Assembly: GCA_028382005.1 (NCBI GenBank)
Contig: JAOESH010000001.1
Coordinates: 36,798 to 100,797, forward strand
DNA length: 64,000 nt
DNA from: Pseudomonadota bacterium
Lineage (GTDB): Bacteria; Pseudomonadota; Alphaproteobacteria; Puniceispirillales; Marisalimonadaceae
Reading direction: 5' to 3'
Shown here: positions 32,197-41,117 of the stretch, in pieces
How the letters are laid out: the number at the start of each line of letters is the position of its first letter
Numbering within the stretch: position 1 is the stretch's first letter
Position numbers and translations under genes: made by a program
Notes under the pieces: model-generated
The model's input: only the letters and a program-made list of their open reading frames with translations
The model's database searches: none
What the model was told of the DNA's origin: nothing

Positions 32197-33098
32197 TTAA
32201 ACACCTCCAGCAGATGCAGTAAAGTTAGTTTGAATTACAATTTGGTTTTTACGTCTAACTTTCTCAAGCATCTTATCCTTCATCGATGTAGTATTAAATG
32301 CTTTATCGGCAATTAAACTCTGAACAATTTTATCTTTTTCAGATTGAGCTCCACCTAAACCTATCCTGTAAGTAAGATTGACAAAATCAACGTCTGTACC
32401 TGTATCAAAATCTTTAGAACCTGCTTCTAATGTTATATTGGGAGCAATAGGTGCGTTAACCTGTATACTATATGTTTTTCCCTTGTATCAGAAGTTTGAT
32501 ATCCATCCCACTTCCAACTCTTAACAAATATCTTAGTCGATGGGATGTAAGGAACTTGCCCACCTATTTCAAGTTCATATCCATCTAATGCTCTTTCAGT
32601 GTTTCCATCCTTACCTGTTTGTGCTCCGCTTGTGGCAAAATACTTATTAGCGTTAATTTCAAATACTGAGCTTCTTAGTTCTGCACCAACACTCATTCTT
32701 GAATGTTCATAAGTACTTTCATAATCATGAAAAGCGTTTACTCCATAAATCCATTTCTGATCATCACTAAGTTGCCTGTAACCAATACCAAGGTTAATTG
32801 TGTCTCTGTTATTTTGTCTTATTATTGATCCTTGGAAAAAGGTTAAATCACCTTCATCAATATTTTCTGAAATTGGGTTAATTGTAAGTAAAGTAAAATT
32901 TGGATCAGCTCCAGTCCTACCTTCTAAAGTCAATTCAGTGTTGGTAAATAGTGAATTAAAGCCATCCTCAAATTTCTGTATGGTTTTATCAATCAACGTG
33001 TCTTTTAATTGATCAGTAGAATTACCAGCCGCACTAACTTCTAAAAATGTCATTGGTAACGCTAGGCATGTGGAAAGTAAGATTAATTTGAATTGCAT
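32197..33098 (-). pseudogene. Inverse autotransporter (intimin/invasin-type) beta-barrel without passenger, split by a 1-nt frameshift
   Basis: TINLGIGYR, GVNAFHD, HSRMSVGAE, NANKYF..SG, ERALDGYE..QVPYIP. After ~32475-32485 the -1 frame continues GKTYSIQVNAP...MLEKVRRKNQIVIQ..GGV* (invasin LVERNNNIV-like linker) to a stop at 32197-32199. Likely start ATG 33098 with GGAG RBS. Confidence 0.8.
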
Positions 33099-33179
33099 TA
33101 CTTTAACTCCAAATGAAGACTTTGATTTATTCTTAGTCATCCTTCAAGAGAATTTTAAAATAACTACTTTACTTGTTAA

Positions 33180-34025
33180 TTATTTTTTATTCACTTTATA
33201 AACCTCTGTATGATCAGAACCTTGTCCTAATTGTTCAAGTGATTTTAAAAGATAACTAGATACGTTCTCTGACAGTGGATTATCATTAGTTAATTCTTTA
33301 ATTAAATCGTTAGCGATATATACATCCTTAACCATTAGATCTAAAGCAAAACCTGAGTTAAATTTTTCTGACACAACAAATTTATCTAACTTTACTTCTG
33401 TTGTATTATTTTTACCAGTAGCACCATTTATAATTTTTAAAAAATTTTCTGGTTTAATCCCAAAAGATTGAGCAGTTGCCAACGCTTCAAAACTTGCAAT
33501 CAAACCAGCAGCAGATACATAATTATTTAACGCCTTGATGGCATGCCCTGAACCTAATGGTCCTGCATATTCAACTTTCCCCATAACTGATAAAAGATTT
33601 TGAACATTTTTTACATGATCAGGTTCACCACCAGCCATTATCATTAAATTACCTGTCTTTGCACGTGACACTCCTCCTGAAACTGGCGCATCTAAAAATT
33701 TAATATTTGCATTTTGTAAAGTTTCACCTAATTTTTTTGTTTCACGAGGATCACTGGACGACATATCTATTAAAATTGATTTTATGTTAATATCTAATAA
33801 TTGATTTGTCACTTGCTCAACAATTTTACTATTAGGAAGCATAAAGATGATTACATCCATATTTTTTAAATCTTCAATCAAATCGACTTGACTTACACCT
33901 GTAGATTTATCAATTTTAGAACCAATATCATATCCAAAAACATTATAACCTGCTTGAACTATCAATGGAGACATTGCTGATCCCATGGCACCTAAGCCTA
34001 CAAAACCTACATTTTCTATTTTCAT
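33180..34025 (-). CDS. NAD(P)-dependent 3-hydroxyisobutyrate dehydrogenase-family oxidoreductase
   Basis: GFVGLGAMG, DAPVSGG, GSGHAIKALNN catalytic Lys, F.LDLMVKD; start set to ATG 34025. Confidence 0.88.
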   Translation of the reverse strand: MKIENVGFVGLGAMGSAMSPLIVQAGYNVFGYDIGSKIDKSTGVSQVDLIEDLKNMDVIIFMLPNSKIVEQVTNQLLDINIKSILIDMSSSDPRETKKLGETLQNANIKFLDAPVSGGVSRAKTGNLMIMAGGEPDHVKNVQNLLSVMGKVEYAGPLGSGHAIKALNNYVSAAGLIASFEALATAQSFGIKPENFLKIINGATGKNNTTEVKLDKFVVSEKFNSGFALDLMVKDVYIANDLIKELTNDNPLSENVSSYLLKSLEQLGQGSDHTEVYKVNKK

Positions 34026-34043
34026 AACATTCCCTTTTAACAT

Positions 34044-35237
34044 TTAAATTTTAATTATGTTTCTAGATACTAAACTCTCAATTTCAGAACTAGAGTAGCC
34101 GATACTGAGCAACAGCTCTTTAGTGTGTTCTCCAAGATTGGGTGCATGAAGTGTTTGATTTTCAATGTCATCATTATAACTTGTTGGAATACTTGGATAA
34201 AGTAATGTACCCTCAGTTGGGTGATTATTTCTTTTAAAAAAATCTATTTGTTTTAAATGTTCATCTTCAAAAATATCTTCAGGAAAGTTAACCTTCATTG
34301 CTGGAATGTCATATTTTTTTAAATTAATTATCCAATAATTAGTATCTTCCTTTTCTAGCGCATCTGAGAGAATTGAATACAATTTATCAACATTTTCATT
34401 TCTAGATTTTAATGATGAAAACTTTTGATCCTGCAAAACATGTTCTTGGTCAACTAATTTAAAAAATCTTAACCACTGATCATCACTGTATGGAAGAACA
34501 GCAATATATCCGTCTAGTGTTTTATAGGGCCTTCTATTTGGAGAAGATTGTCTTGGATAAATTGGAGGAGCTTTAGGAGGAATAAAATTATAACCATATA
34601 AATGCTCTACTAGAGAAAAGTCTACCATAGTTTCCATCATAGGCACTTCTAGTTCTATTGCTTCTCCATCTTTACTACGTTGAAACAATGCTGCAATAAT
34701 AGACATTCCTAACATTAATCCAGTTACTTTATCTGCTGTTGCTCCAGCCGTATAACTTGGCTGACTTGAGTAAGCTTCTTGATAAGCTGCCATTCCACTT
34801 ATAGCTTGAATTGTATCGTCAAATGCCGGTAATCCTGCATAAGGACCTTGTGATGAAAACCCTACTGCATTAGCAGTAATTATATTAGGATTAATTTTTC
34901 TGAATTCTAAGTGAGTGAGGCCAATCCTTTTTAAAGCTGCTTTTCTAATATTCGAAACAAAGACATCTGCCCTTTCAATTAATTTTTTTACAATTGATTG
35001 GCCCTCTGGTGATTTTAAGTCAATACAAATACTTTTTTTATTTCTATTAATGTTTAAAAAAACGGCCCCCATGCCCTTGTTGATATTGGGGCCAAGGTAT
35101 CTTGTATTATCACCATCTAGCGTCTCAATTTTAATCACTTCAGCTCCCATATCAGCAAGCAACCTTGTACAATACGGAACCATTAAGATAGAGGAAGCAT
35201 CAATAATTTTAATACCTTTTAAAGGTCCGTTTTTCAT
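34044..35237 (-). CDS. Family III CoA transferase (CaiB/BaiF)
   Basis: LADMGAEVIKIE, NRNKKSI.IDLK, AFDDTIQAISG catalytic Asp, APNLGEHT. Confidence 0.92.
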   Translation of the reverse strand: MKNGPLKGIKIIDASSILMVPYCTRLLADMGAEVIKIETLDGDNTRYLGPNINKGMGAVFLNINRNKKSICIDLKSPEGQSIVKKLIERADVFVSNIRKAALKRIGLTHLEFRKINPNIITANAVGFSSQGPYAGLPAFDDTIQAISGMAAYQEAYSSQPSYTAGATADKVTGLMLGMSIIAALFQRSKDGEAIELEVPMMETMVDFSLVEHLYGYNFIPPKAPPIYPRQSSPNRRPYKTLDGYIAVLPYSDDQWLRFFKLVDQEHVLQDQKFSSLKSRNENVDKLYSILSDALEKEDTNYWIINLKKYDIPAMKVNFPEDIFEDEHLKQIDFFKRNNHPTEGTLLYPSIPTSYNDDIENQTLHAPNLGEHTKELLLSIGYSSSEIESLVSRNIIKI

Positions 35238-35401
35238 TCTAAATCCATTTATCCGTTAAAAGTTTCGATAACTATTGTAGAAAATAATATGAGTATAAAG
35301 TGTAATAAAATAGTAGTTTAAAAATTCTATTTTTAGTTACAAGACTTTTCTCAAATTATTGTATAAATATAATTGAAAGTAAAAAATTATTTGAGTTATG
35401 A

Positions 35402-36046
35402 ATGTTTAATTTAGAAAATTTAACCATACAAAGAGGATCAAGGATTATACTTTCTGATTTTAAATCAGTCATAGAAACTGGATCACTGACAATTATTAAA
35501 GGGGGAAATGGATCTGGAAAATCAACATTATTAAGAGCAATAGCAGGCTTTACACCCCTGGAGAAGGGTGAAATAAAAAACAATAACAAAAATATTATTT
35601 CGTATAAAGAAGAATGGTCTCAAAAATTAATTTTTGTTGATACTAAAAATGGTTTATCTAACAATTTAACAATTATTGAAAATCTTAAATCTTGGGCATC
35701 TATAAAAGGATGGCCTACGAGCGAGGAGAACTTAAGTAAAGCTCTAAAAAGTTTAGACTTAGTAAAATATGCAAACTTATTTATATCTGAATGTTCTGAG
35801 GGTCTAAAAAAAAGAGCCGCTCTAGCAAGGCTATATTTTTCATTTATTAGCGATATAGATTTTTGGATATTAGATGAACCCACTAATGAATTAGATAAGC
35901 CAAGCCAGCAATTGTTTGAAAAATTGATTTTAAATTTTTTAAACCAACAAGGAACAGTTATAATAGCAAGTCATGACTTAAATATTCTTGAAAAAAAATA
36001 TAATGTAATAGATTTAGATTTATTAAAAGAGCAGAGCATATTATGA
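35402..36046 (+). CDS. ccmA: Cytochrome c maturation ABC ATPase
   Basis: GGNGSGKST, WILDEP; first gene of the ccm cluster. Confidence 0.88.
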   Translation: MFNLENLTIQRGSRIILSDFKSVIETGSLTIIKGGNGSGKSTLLRAIAGFTPLEKGEIKNNNKNIISYKEEWSQKLIFVDTKNGLSNNLTIIENLKSWASIKGWPTSEENLSKALKSLDLVKYANLFISECSEGLKKRAALARLYFSFISDIDFWILDEPTNELDKPSQQLFEKLILNFLNQQGTVIIASHDLNILEKKYNVIDLDLLKEQSIL

Positions 36047-36735
36047 AATTAACTCATTTAAGTTGGACATATATGTTTATAGCTCATATCAAAAGAGATT
36101 TTTTAACGAACTCTCGCTCATTAATTGATTTAATATCTATTATTGGCTTTATGCTTTTAATAATTATTTTATTTCCCATTGGGCTGGGACCAGATCAAGA
36201 AAAAATGAGTATTGTATCTAATGCAATTATTTGGATTGGTTTAATTTTAGCAATATTACCTTCTCTTGACAAAATATTACAAAAAGACTTTGAAAACGGT
36301 TGGCTAGATCAAATAGCAACAACTGGCATTCCACTTGAAATAGTTTTGTTATCTAAAGGTATTTCATATTGGTTAATGGTATTAATTCCTTTAATTCTTT
36401 CCTCACCATTATTTGTAATTTTATTAAGCATAGAATTAAAATATTTGCCATGGTTGATTGTAAGTATGTCTATAGGTGGCCTAGCAATTTCTTTAATTGG
36501 ATTAATTGGATCTGCATTGATATTAGGAGCTAAAAGAGGAAATATTTTGTTACCAATATTGATCATCCCTCTGATGATACCTATTTTAATATTCGGAGTA
36601 GGTATAAATGAAGCTGTAAAAATAGGTGAATCGCCTTTTGGCAATTTATTTTTATTAATAGCTTTGGCTTTAATATATCTAATAATATCACCTTTTATTT
36701 CTGCCTTATTAGTAAGAATTGCTATTGGTCGGTAA
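36043..36735 (+). CDS. ccmB: Heme exporter protein B
   Basis: LFPIGLGPD, DFENGWLD, LLPILIIPL.IPILIFG. Confidence 0.9.
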   Translation: MKLTHLSWTYMFIAHIKRDFLTNSRSLIDLISIIGFMLLIIILFPIGLGPDQEKMSIVSNAIIWIGLILAILPSLDKILQKDFENGWLDQIATTGIPLEIVLLSKGISYWLMVLIPLILSSPLFVILLSIELKYLPWLIVSMSIGGLAISLIGLIGSALILGAKRGNILLPILIIPLMIPILIFGVGINEAVKIGESPFGNLFLLIALALIYLIISPFISALLVRIAIGR

Positions 36736-36808
36736 CTACAGTTTACTTAGAAAAAAATTGTGATAAAAACTTGTTAGTACTATTTTATTTAAAGAAAGTT
36801 TAAAATAC

Positions 36809-37540
36809 ATGTTTGATTGGCTAGCAAATCCAAACAGATTTAAAAGAATTACAAATAAACTTGAACCTTTTTTGATTGTTATTTCAATTATATTAATTGC
36901 ATCAGGATTATATTTTGGTCTTTTTGACAGCCCTAAAGACTATCAACAAGGTGATGCGGTTAGAATAATGTATGTCCATGTTCCTTCAGCTTGGCTTGCT
37001 TCATTTTTATTTCTTAGCTTAGCCGTTTCTTGCATTTTTTATCTAGCTTGGAAACATCCGTTTGCAGATATTATATCAAACACAATAGCACCTATTGGAG
37101 CCGTGTTTTCTGTATTAACATTAGTAACAGGATCATTATGGGGAAAACCAATGTGGGGAACTTGGTGGGTTTGGGATGCAAGACTAACCTCAATGCTTGT
37201 TTTGTTCTTTTTCTATCTCGGGTACATTATATTATCTAATGCATTCGAACGAAAAATTGATGGTTCAAAATCTGCATCTGTTCTTGCACTTATTGGACTT
37301 ATTAACTTACCAATTATAAAATTTTCGGTTGATTGGTGGCATACATTACATCAACCCTCAAGTATACTGAAGTTTGACGGCCCTTCAATAGATGAGCAAA
37401 TGCTCCTACCATTAATCCTCATGTTCTTTGGATTTAGCATATTCTCTTTATATTTAATCATTGTAAATGTTAAGACTAAGTTGATACAAAAAAAATGTGA
37501 AGCTCTGATTTTAAAATCAAATCTTAAAGAGTTTTTATAA
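36809..37540 (+). CDS. ccmC: Heme exporter protein C
   Basis: IMYVHVP, WGKPMWGTWWVWDARLT, WWHTLHQ. Confidence 0.95.
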   Translation: MFDWLANPNRFKRITNKLEPFLIVISIILIASGLYFGLFDSPKDYQQGDAVRIMYVHVPSAWLASFLFLSLAVSCIFYLAWKHPFADIISNTIAPIGAVFSVLTLVTGSLWGKPMWGTWWVWDARLTSMLVLFFFYLGYIILSNAFERKIDGSKSASVLALIGLINLPIIKFSVDWWHTLHQPSSILKFDGPSIDEQMLLPLILMFFGFSIFSLYLIIVNVKTKLIQKKCEALILKSNLKEFL

Positions 37541-37552
37541 ATAGGACGGTAT

Positions 37553-37711
37553 ATGGAAAATATATTTTGGATTATGGAAGGTTATAACATTTATATATGG
37601 CCGAGTTATTTCCTAACACTACTAAGTTTACTATATTTATTTCTTCTTTCTTTTTATAGATCAAAAAAAGCTAAAAAATTACTAAATAAATTAATAAAAT
37701 TAGATGTTTAA
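37553..37711 (+). CDS. ccmD: Heme exporter protein D (52 aa, not in the ORF track)
   Basis: Hand translation MENIFWIMEGYNIYIWPSYFLTLLSLLYLFLLSFYRSKKAKKLLNKLIKLDV: MxGY..Y.W.SY motif, one TM, basic tail, located between ccmC and ccmE, AGGA upstream. Confidence 0.85.
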   Translation: MENIFWIMEGYNIYIWPSYFLTLLSLLYLFLLSFYRSKKAKKLLNKLIKLDV

Positions 37712-37740
37712 TTATTGCAGTTGAGTAACAATTTAAATCA

Positions 37741-38184
37741 ATGAACCCTAAATACAGACGACTTTTAATAATAATATTTATAATTATGACTTTAGGTTTA
37801 GCTACTAAACTTATATTAATGGCTTTAGAAGAGAATATTATATACTTCTTCACTCCAAATGAGATTAAAATGAAATATGGAAACAAGGCAAATATTCAAA
37901 ATACAATAAGAGTTGGAGGCCTTGTTCTTGAAAATTCTGTAATAGAAAAAGATGGAATAACTAAATTTAATATAACAGATAGAAGTCATAAAATAGAAGT
38001 TTTATTTGATGGCCTGCTTCCAGATTTATTTAGAGAAGGTCAAGGTATAGTTGTTGAAGGTATATTTCAAAATAACAAACTAATTGCAAGCCAAGTTCTT
38101 GCAAAACACGATGAAAATTACATGCCTCCTGAAGTGGCTGACGCTCTAATTAAAAATGGAGTGTGGCAGGGAGAAAAAAAATGA
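37741..38184 (+). CDS. ccmE: Heme chaperone CcmE
   Basis: IRVGGLV, LPDLFREGQG, LAKHDENYMPPEV. Confidence 0.95.
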   Translation: MNPKYRRLLIIIFIIMTLGLATKLILMALEENIIYFFTPNEIKMKYGNKANIQNTIRVGGLVLENSVIEKDGITKFNITDRSHKIEVLFDGLLPDLFREGQGIVVEGIFQNNKLIASQVLAKHDENYMPPEVADALIKNGVWQGEKK

Positions 38185-40136
38185 TCCCTGAAATAGGTCA
38201 CATTTTATTAATAATTACATTTGTTGCTTCAATACTTCAAGTAGTTTTCTGGTGTTACAACATTAAAAAGAGCGATCAAATTACTATTGACGTTCTTCAA
38301 AAAAGTACTTTTATTAATTTTATATTTATACTCTTTTCTTTTGGAATCCTAGTTTACAGCTTTATAATTTCTGATTTTTCTTTAGTTATTGTTTCAGACA
38401 ACTCACATACTCTTAAACCTCTAATTTACAAAATCAGCGGAACTTGGGGTAATCATGAAGGTTCATTAATGTTATGGATTTTAATATTATCATTTTTTAC
38501 ATTTTTAGTTTCAAGAAAAAAAAATAATATATCACCTAAGCTTTTACCGTCTATAATTGGAATACAGACAATAATATTATGTTTGTTTTTATCGTTTATT
38601 TTATTTACTTCTAACCCTTTTGAAAGAGTGGACACATTACCCATAGATGGTAATGGTTTGAACCCCCTACTTCAGGATCCAGGTTTAGCACTACATCCTC
38701 CACTTTTATATTTTGGATATGTTGGATTATCTGTATCTTTTTCATTTGCTGTTGCGGCCTTAATTACTGGAGAAATTAACAAAGAATGGGCCCGTCAAAT
38801 GAGGCCTTGGATAACAATTGCATGGTCTGCACTTACAATTGGAATAGCACTAGGAAGTTGGTGGGCTTATTACGAATTAGGATGGGGAGGCTGGTGGTTT
38901 TGGGACCCAGTAGAGAATGCTTCTTTTATGCCTTGGTTAATTGCAACCGCTCTATTACATTCCGTAAGAATACTAGAGGTTAGATTTATTTTGATAAACT
39001 GGACTATCCTACTGTCAATATTAGCCTTTTCATTTTCCTTATTAGGAACATTTATAGTAAGATCAGGGTTGTTGACCTCCGTGCACGCTTTTGCATCCGA
39101 CCCGTCAAGAGGCCTATTTATATTAATTATCTTGGCAATTGCAACAGGTGGACCTTTAATATTATACGCAACCAAAAGCTCTTCATTTCAAGAAAATAAA
39201 ACTCAGTTTAATATTTTTAGCAAAGAAAGCGCGCTTCTAATAAATAATCTTTTTCTTACTACAGCAGCATCAACAGTACTCATAGGAACATTATATCCAT
39301 TATTCCTTGATGCGTTTAATGGAAATAAAATTTCTATTGGGCCTGCATACTATAACGCAACGTTTGCACCTATTATGGCTCCAGTAATTTTGCTAATGGC
39401 AATGGCTCCATTTCTAAGCTGGGGTATCAAAAAACCAAAACAAATTTCAAAGAAAATTTTTTTCCTTACTACAATTACTCTTTTAGGGGGCATGGGTCTT
39501 TTTATAATTGAGGAGTCATCTTTATTTTCTATTATTTGTGGTTCACTTGCTATTTGGCTTTTTACTGGAGTTATAGTTGATTTCACATCTCAAATAAAGA
39601 ATGCCAATGTAAATTTGAGCAGTTTCAAAACTCTACTTTTATTTTTTTCAAAAAATAATATTGGAATACATATTGCCCATATGGGTGTTGCAGTTTTTTT
39701 AGCTGGTGTTACAGGAGAGCAATTTTATAAAACTGAATTCAATATTAAAAAAAATATTGGAGATGTTATTAGTATTGGGAATAAATCCCTAATATTTAAT
39801 AAAGTAGAAACTTTAGCTGGCCCGAACTACAAATCAGAAACCGCTACATTTACTCTTCTAAAAAACGGTACAATAATTAGCGTATTGAAACCAGAAAAGC
39901 GCTTCTATCCAATAGAAAAAAGTCAGACTACAGAGGCTGCTATTCTAAGTGATTTTTGGGGAGATACGTATTTAGTATTAGGAGACGGTAATAAAGAAAC
40001 TGGATGGTCAATTCGCGTTTACTTTAATCCACTTATATCATGGATTTGGGGAGGAGCTGGTTTGATGTCCCTTGGTGGGTTGGTATCAATTTTACAGAGT
40101 AGAACCGCTAGAAGACAAGTAAAGAGTACTAGTTAA
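38181..40136 (+). CDS. ccmF: Heme lyase CcmF
   Basis: WGNHEGS, LNPLLQ..HPP, WAYYELGWGGWWFWDPVEN, SVHAFA; start set to ATG 38181. Confidence 0.95.
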   Translation: MIPEIGHILLIITFVASILQVVFWCYNIKKSDQITIDVLQKSTFINFIFILFSFGILVYSFIISDFSLVIVSDNSHTLKPLIYKISGTWGNHEGSLMLWILILSFFTFLVSRKKNNISPKLLPSIIGIQTIILCLFLSFILFTSNPFERVDTLPIDGNGLNPLLQDPGLALHPPLLYFGYVGLSVSFSFAVAALITGEINKEWARQMRPWITIAWSALTIGIALGSWWAYYELGWGGWWFWDPVENASFMPWLIATALLHSVRILEVRFILINWTILLSILAFSFSLLGTFIVRSGLLTSVHAFASDPSRGLFILIILAIATGGPLILYATKSSSFQENKTQFNIFSKESALLINNLFLTTAASTVLIGTLYPLFLDAFNGNKISIGPAYYNATFAPIMAPVILLMAMAPFLSWGIKKPKQISKKIFFLTTITLLGGMGLFIIEESSLFSIICGSLAIWLFTGVIVDFTSQIKNANVNLSSFKTLLLFFSKNNIGIHIAHMGVAVFLAGVTGEQFYKTEFNIKKNIGDVISIGNKSLIFNKVETLAGPNYKSETATFTLLKNGTIISVLKPEKRFYPIEKSQTTEAAILSDFWGDTYLVLGDGNKETGWSIRVYFNPLISWIWGGAGLMSLGGLVSILQSRTARRQVKSTS

Positions 40137-40697
40137 ATGAAGTCCAAATTAACAATTTATAACATATTACCTCTTATATTATTTTCGCTGATAATAATGG
40201 TATCAGGTTATGTACTATACGAAGTTAAAAAAAAACCTTCAAATCAAAATGTTATTAATTCTCAATTAATTGGAAAAAAAGTACCTCAAATAAAAATTGA
40301 GAAATTGAAATTTGTTAAAAAAAAAATTAAAAACGAAATCTTAAATTTTAACAAATATACAAATAAATTCTATGCTGTAAACTTTTATGCTTCATGGTGT
40401 GCTCCATGCAGAGTTGAGGCTCCAATAATTGAAGAATTATCTAATATAATTCCTATTGTTGGAATAGCTTATAAAGATAAAGTACAAAATACCAAGAAAT
40501 TTTTAGATGATTACGGTAACCCCTATGACCAGATTGGTTTGGATACTTTAGGTAAAATAGCTATAGAGTGGGGTGTCTATGGTGTGCCAGAAACATTCAT
40601 AATTAATGCTAATGGTAAAATTATTTACCGCCACGCTGGACCACTTTTATACAATGTATTTCAGAATGAAGTTTTACCTTTAATTAGAAGAAAATAA
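40137..40697 (+). CDS. ccmG: Thiol:disulfide interchange protein CcmG/DsbE
   Basis: ASWCAPC, WGVYGVPETF. Confidence 0.92.
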   Translation: MKSKLTIYNILPLILFSLIIMVSGYVLYEVKKKPSNQNVINSQLIGKKVPQIKIEKLKFVKKKIKNEILNFNKYTNKFYAVNFYASWCAPCRVEAPIIEELSNIIPIVGIAYKDKVQNTKKFLDDYGNPYDQIGLDTLGKIAIEWGVYGVPETFIINANGKIIYRHAGPLLYNVFQNEVLPLIRRK

Positions 40698-40701
40698 TAA
40701 A

Positions 40702-41106
40702 ATGTTTAAAAAAATTAATTTATTTCTATTAGTACTTTCTTTATTTTTTATTACTGGTCAAAAGGGAATTATTAAAGAAGATGACAAATTAAATTCTAAT
40801 TATGTTATAAATAAAACAAGAGAAATTGGACAAAACATTCGATGCCTTGTATGCCAAAATCAAAGTATAGACGATTCTAGTTCACTACTTGCTAAAGATC
40901 TTCGGGTTTTAATAAAAGAAAAGGTCGCAAACGGTTTTACAGATAAAGAGATTTACGATTACTTAAGCAAAAGATATGGAGATTACATACTTTTTAACCC
41001 CCCATTAAAAACAAACACAATATTATTGTGGTTCTTACCTTTTGTAATTTTAATATTTGGTCTATTTTTGATTATGAATATTTTAAAAACAAATCGTTTT
41101 AAGTAG
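40702..41106 (+). CDS. ccmH: Cytochrome c biogenesis protein CcmH/CycL
   Basis: IRCLVCQNQSIDDS, RYGDYILFNPP. Confidence 0.93.
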   Translation: MFKKINLFLLVLSLFFITGQKGIIKEDDKLNSNYVINKTREIGQNIRCLVCQNQSIDDSSSLLAKDLRVLIKEKVANGFTDKEIYDYLSKRYGDYILFNPPLKTNTILLWFLPFVILIFGLFLIMNILKTNRFK

Positions 41107-41117
41107 AAATAGAATCA

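Noticed and set aside
32433-33140. 235-aa ORF as a complete protein
   Set aside because: The tail REKHIVYRLTHLLLPI is out of frame; family similarity continues in the -1 frame to 32197
29682-35237. ThDP enzyme and CoA-transferase III as oxalyl-CoA decarboxylase (oxc) and formyl-CoA transferase (frc), or ThDP enzyme and dehydrogenase as gcl/glxR
   Set aside because: The families fit but the motifs do not. The ThDP protein has VPGESYL/RHEGGA/RGPGATN rather than Oxc (GIP, SAPGFLN) or Gcl (RHVEGA) signatures, and the transferase lacks the Frc VQSGP and GGGG loops.
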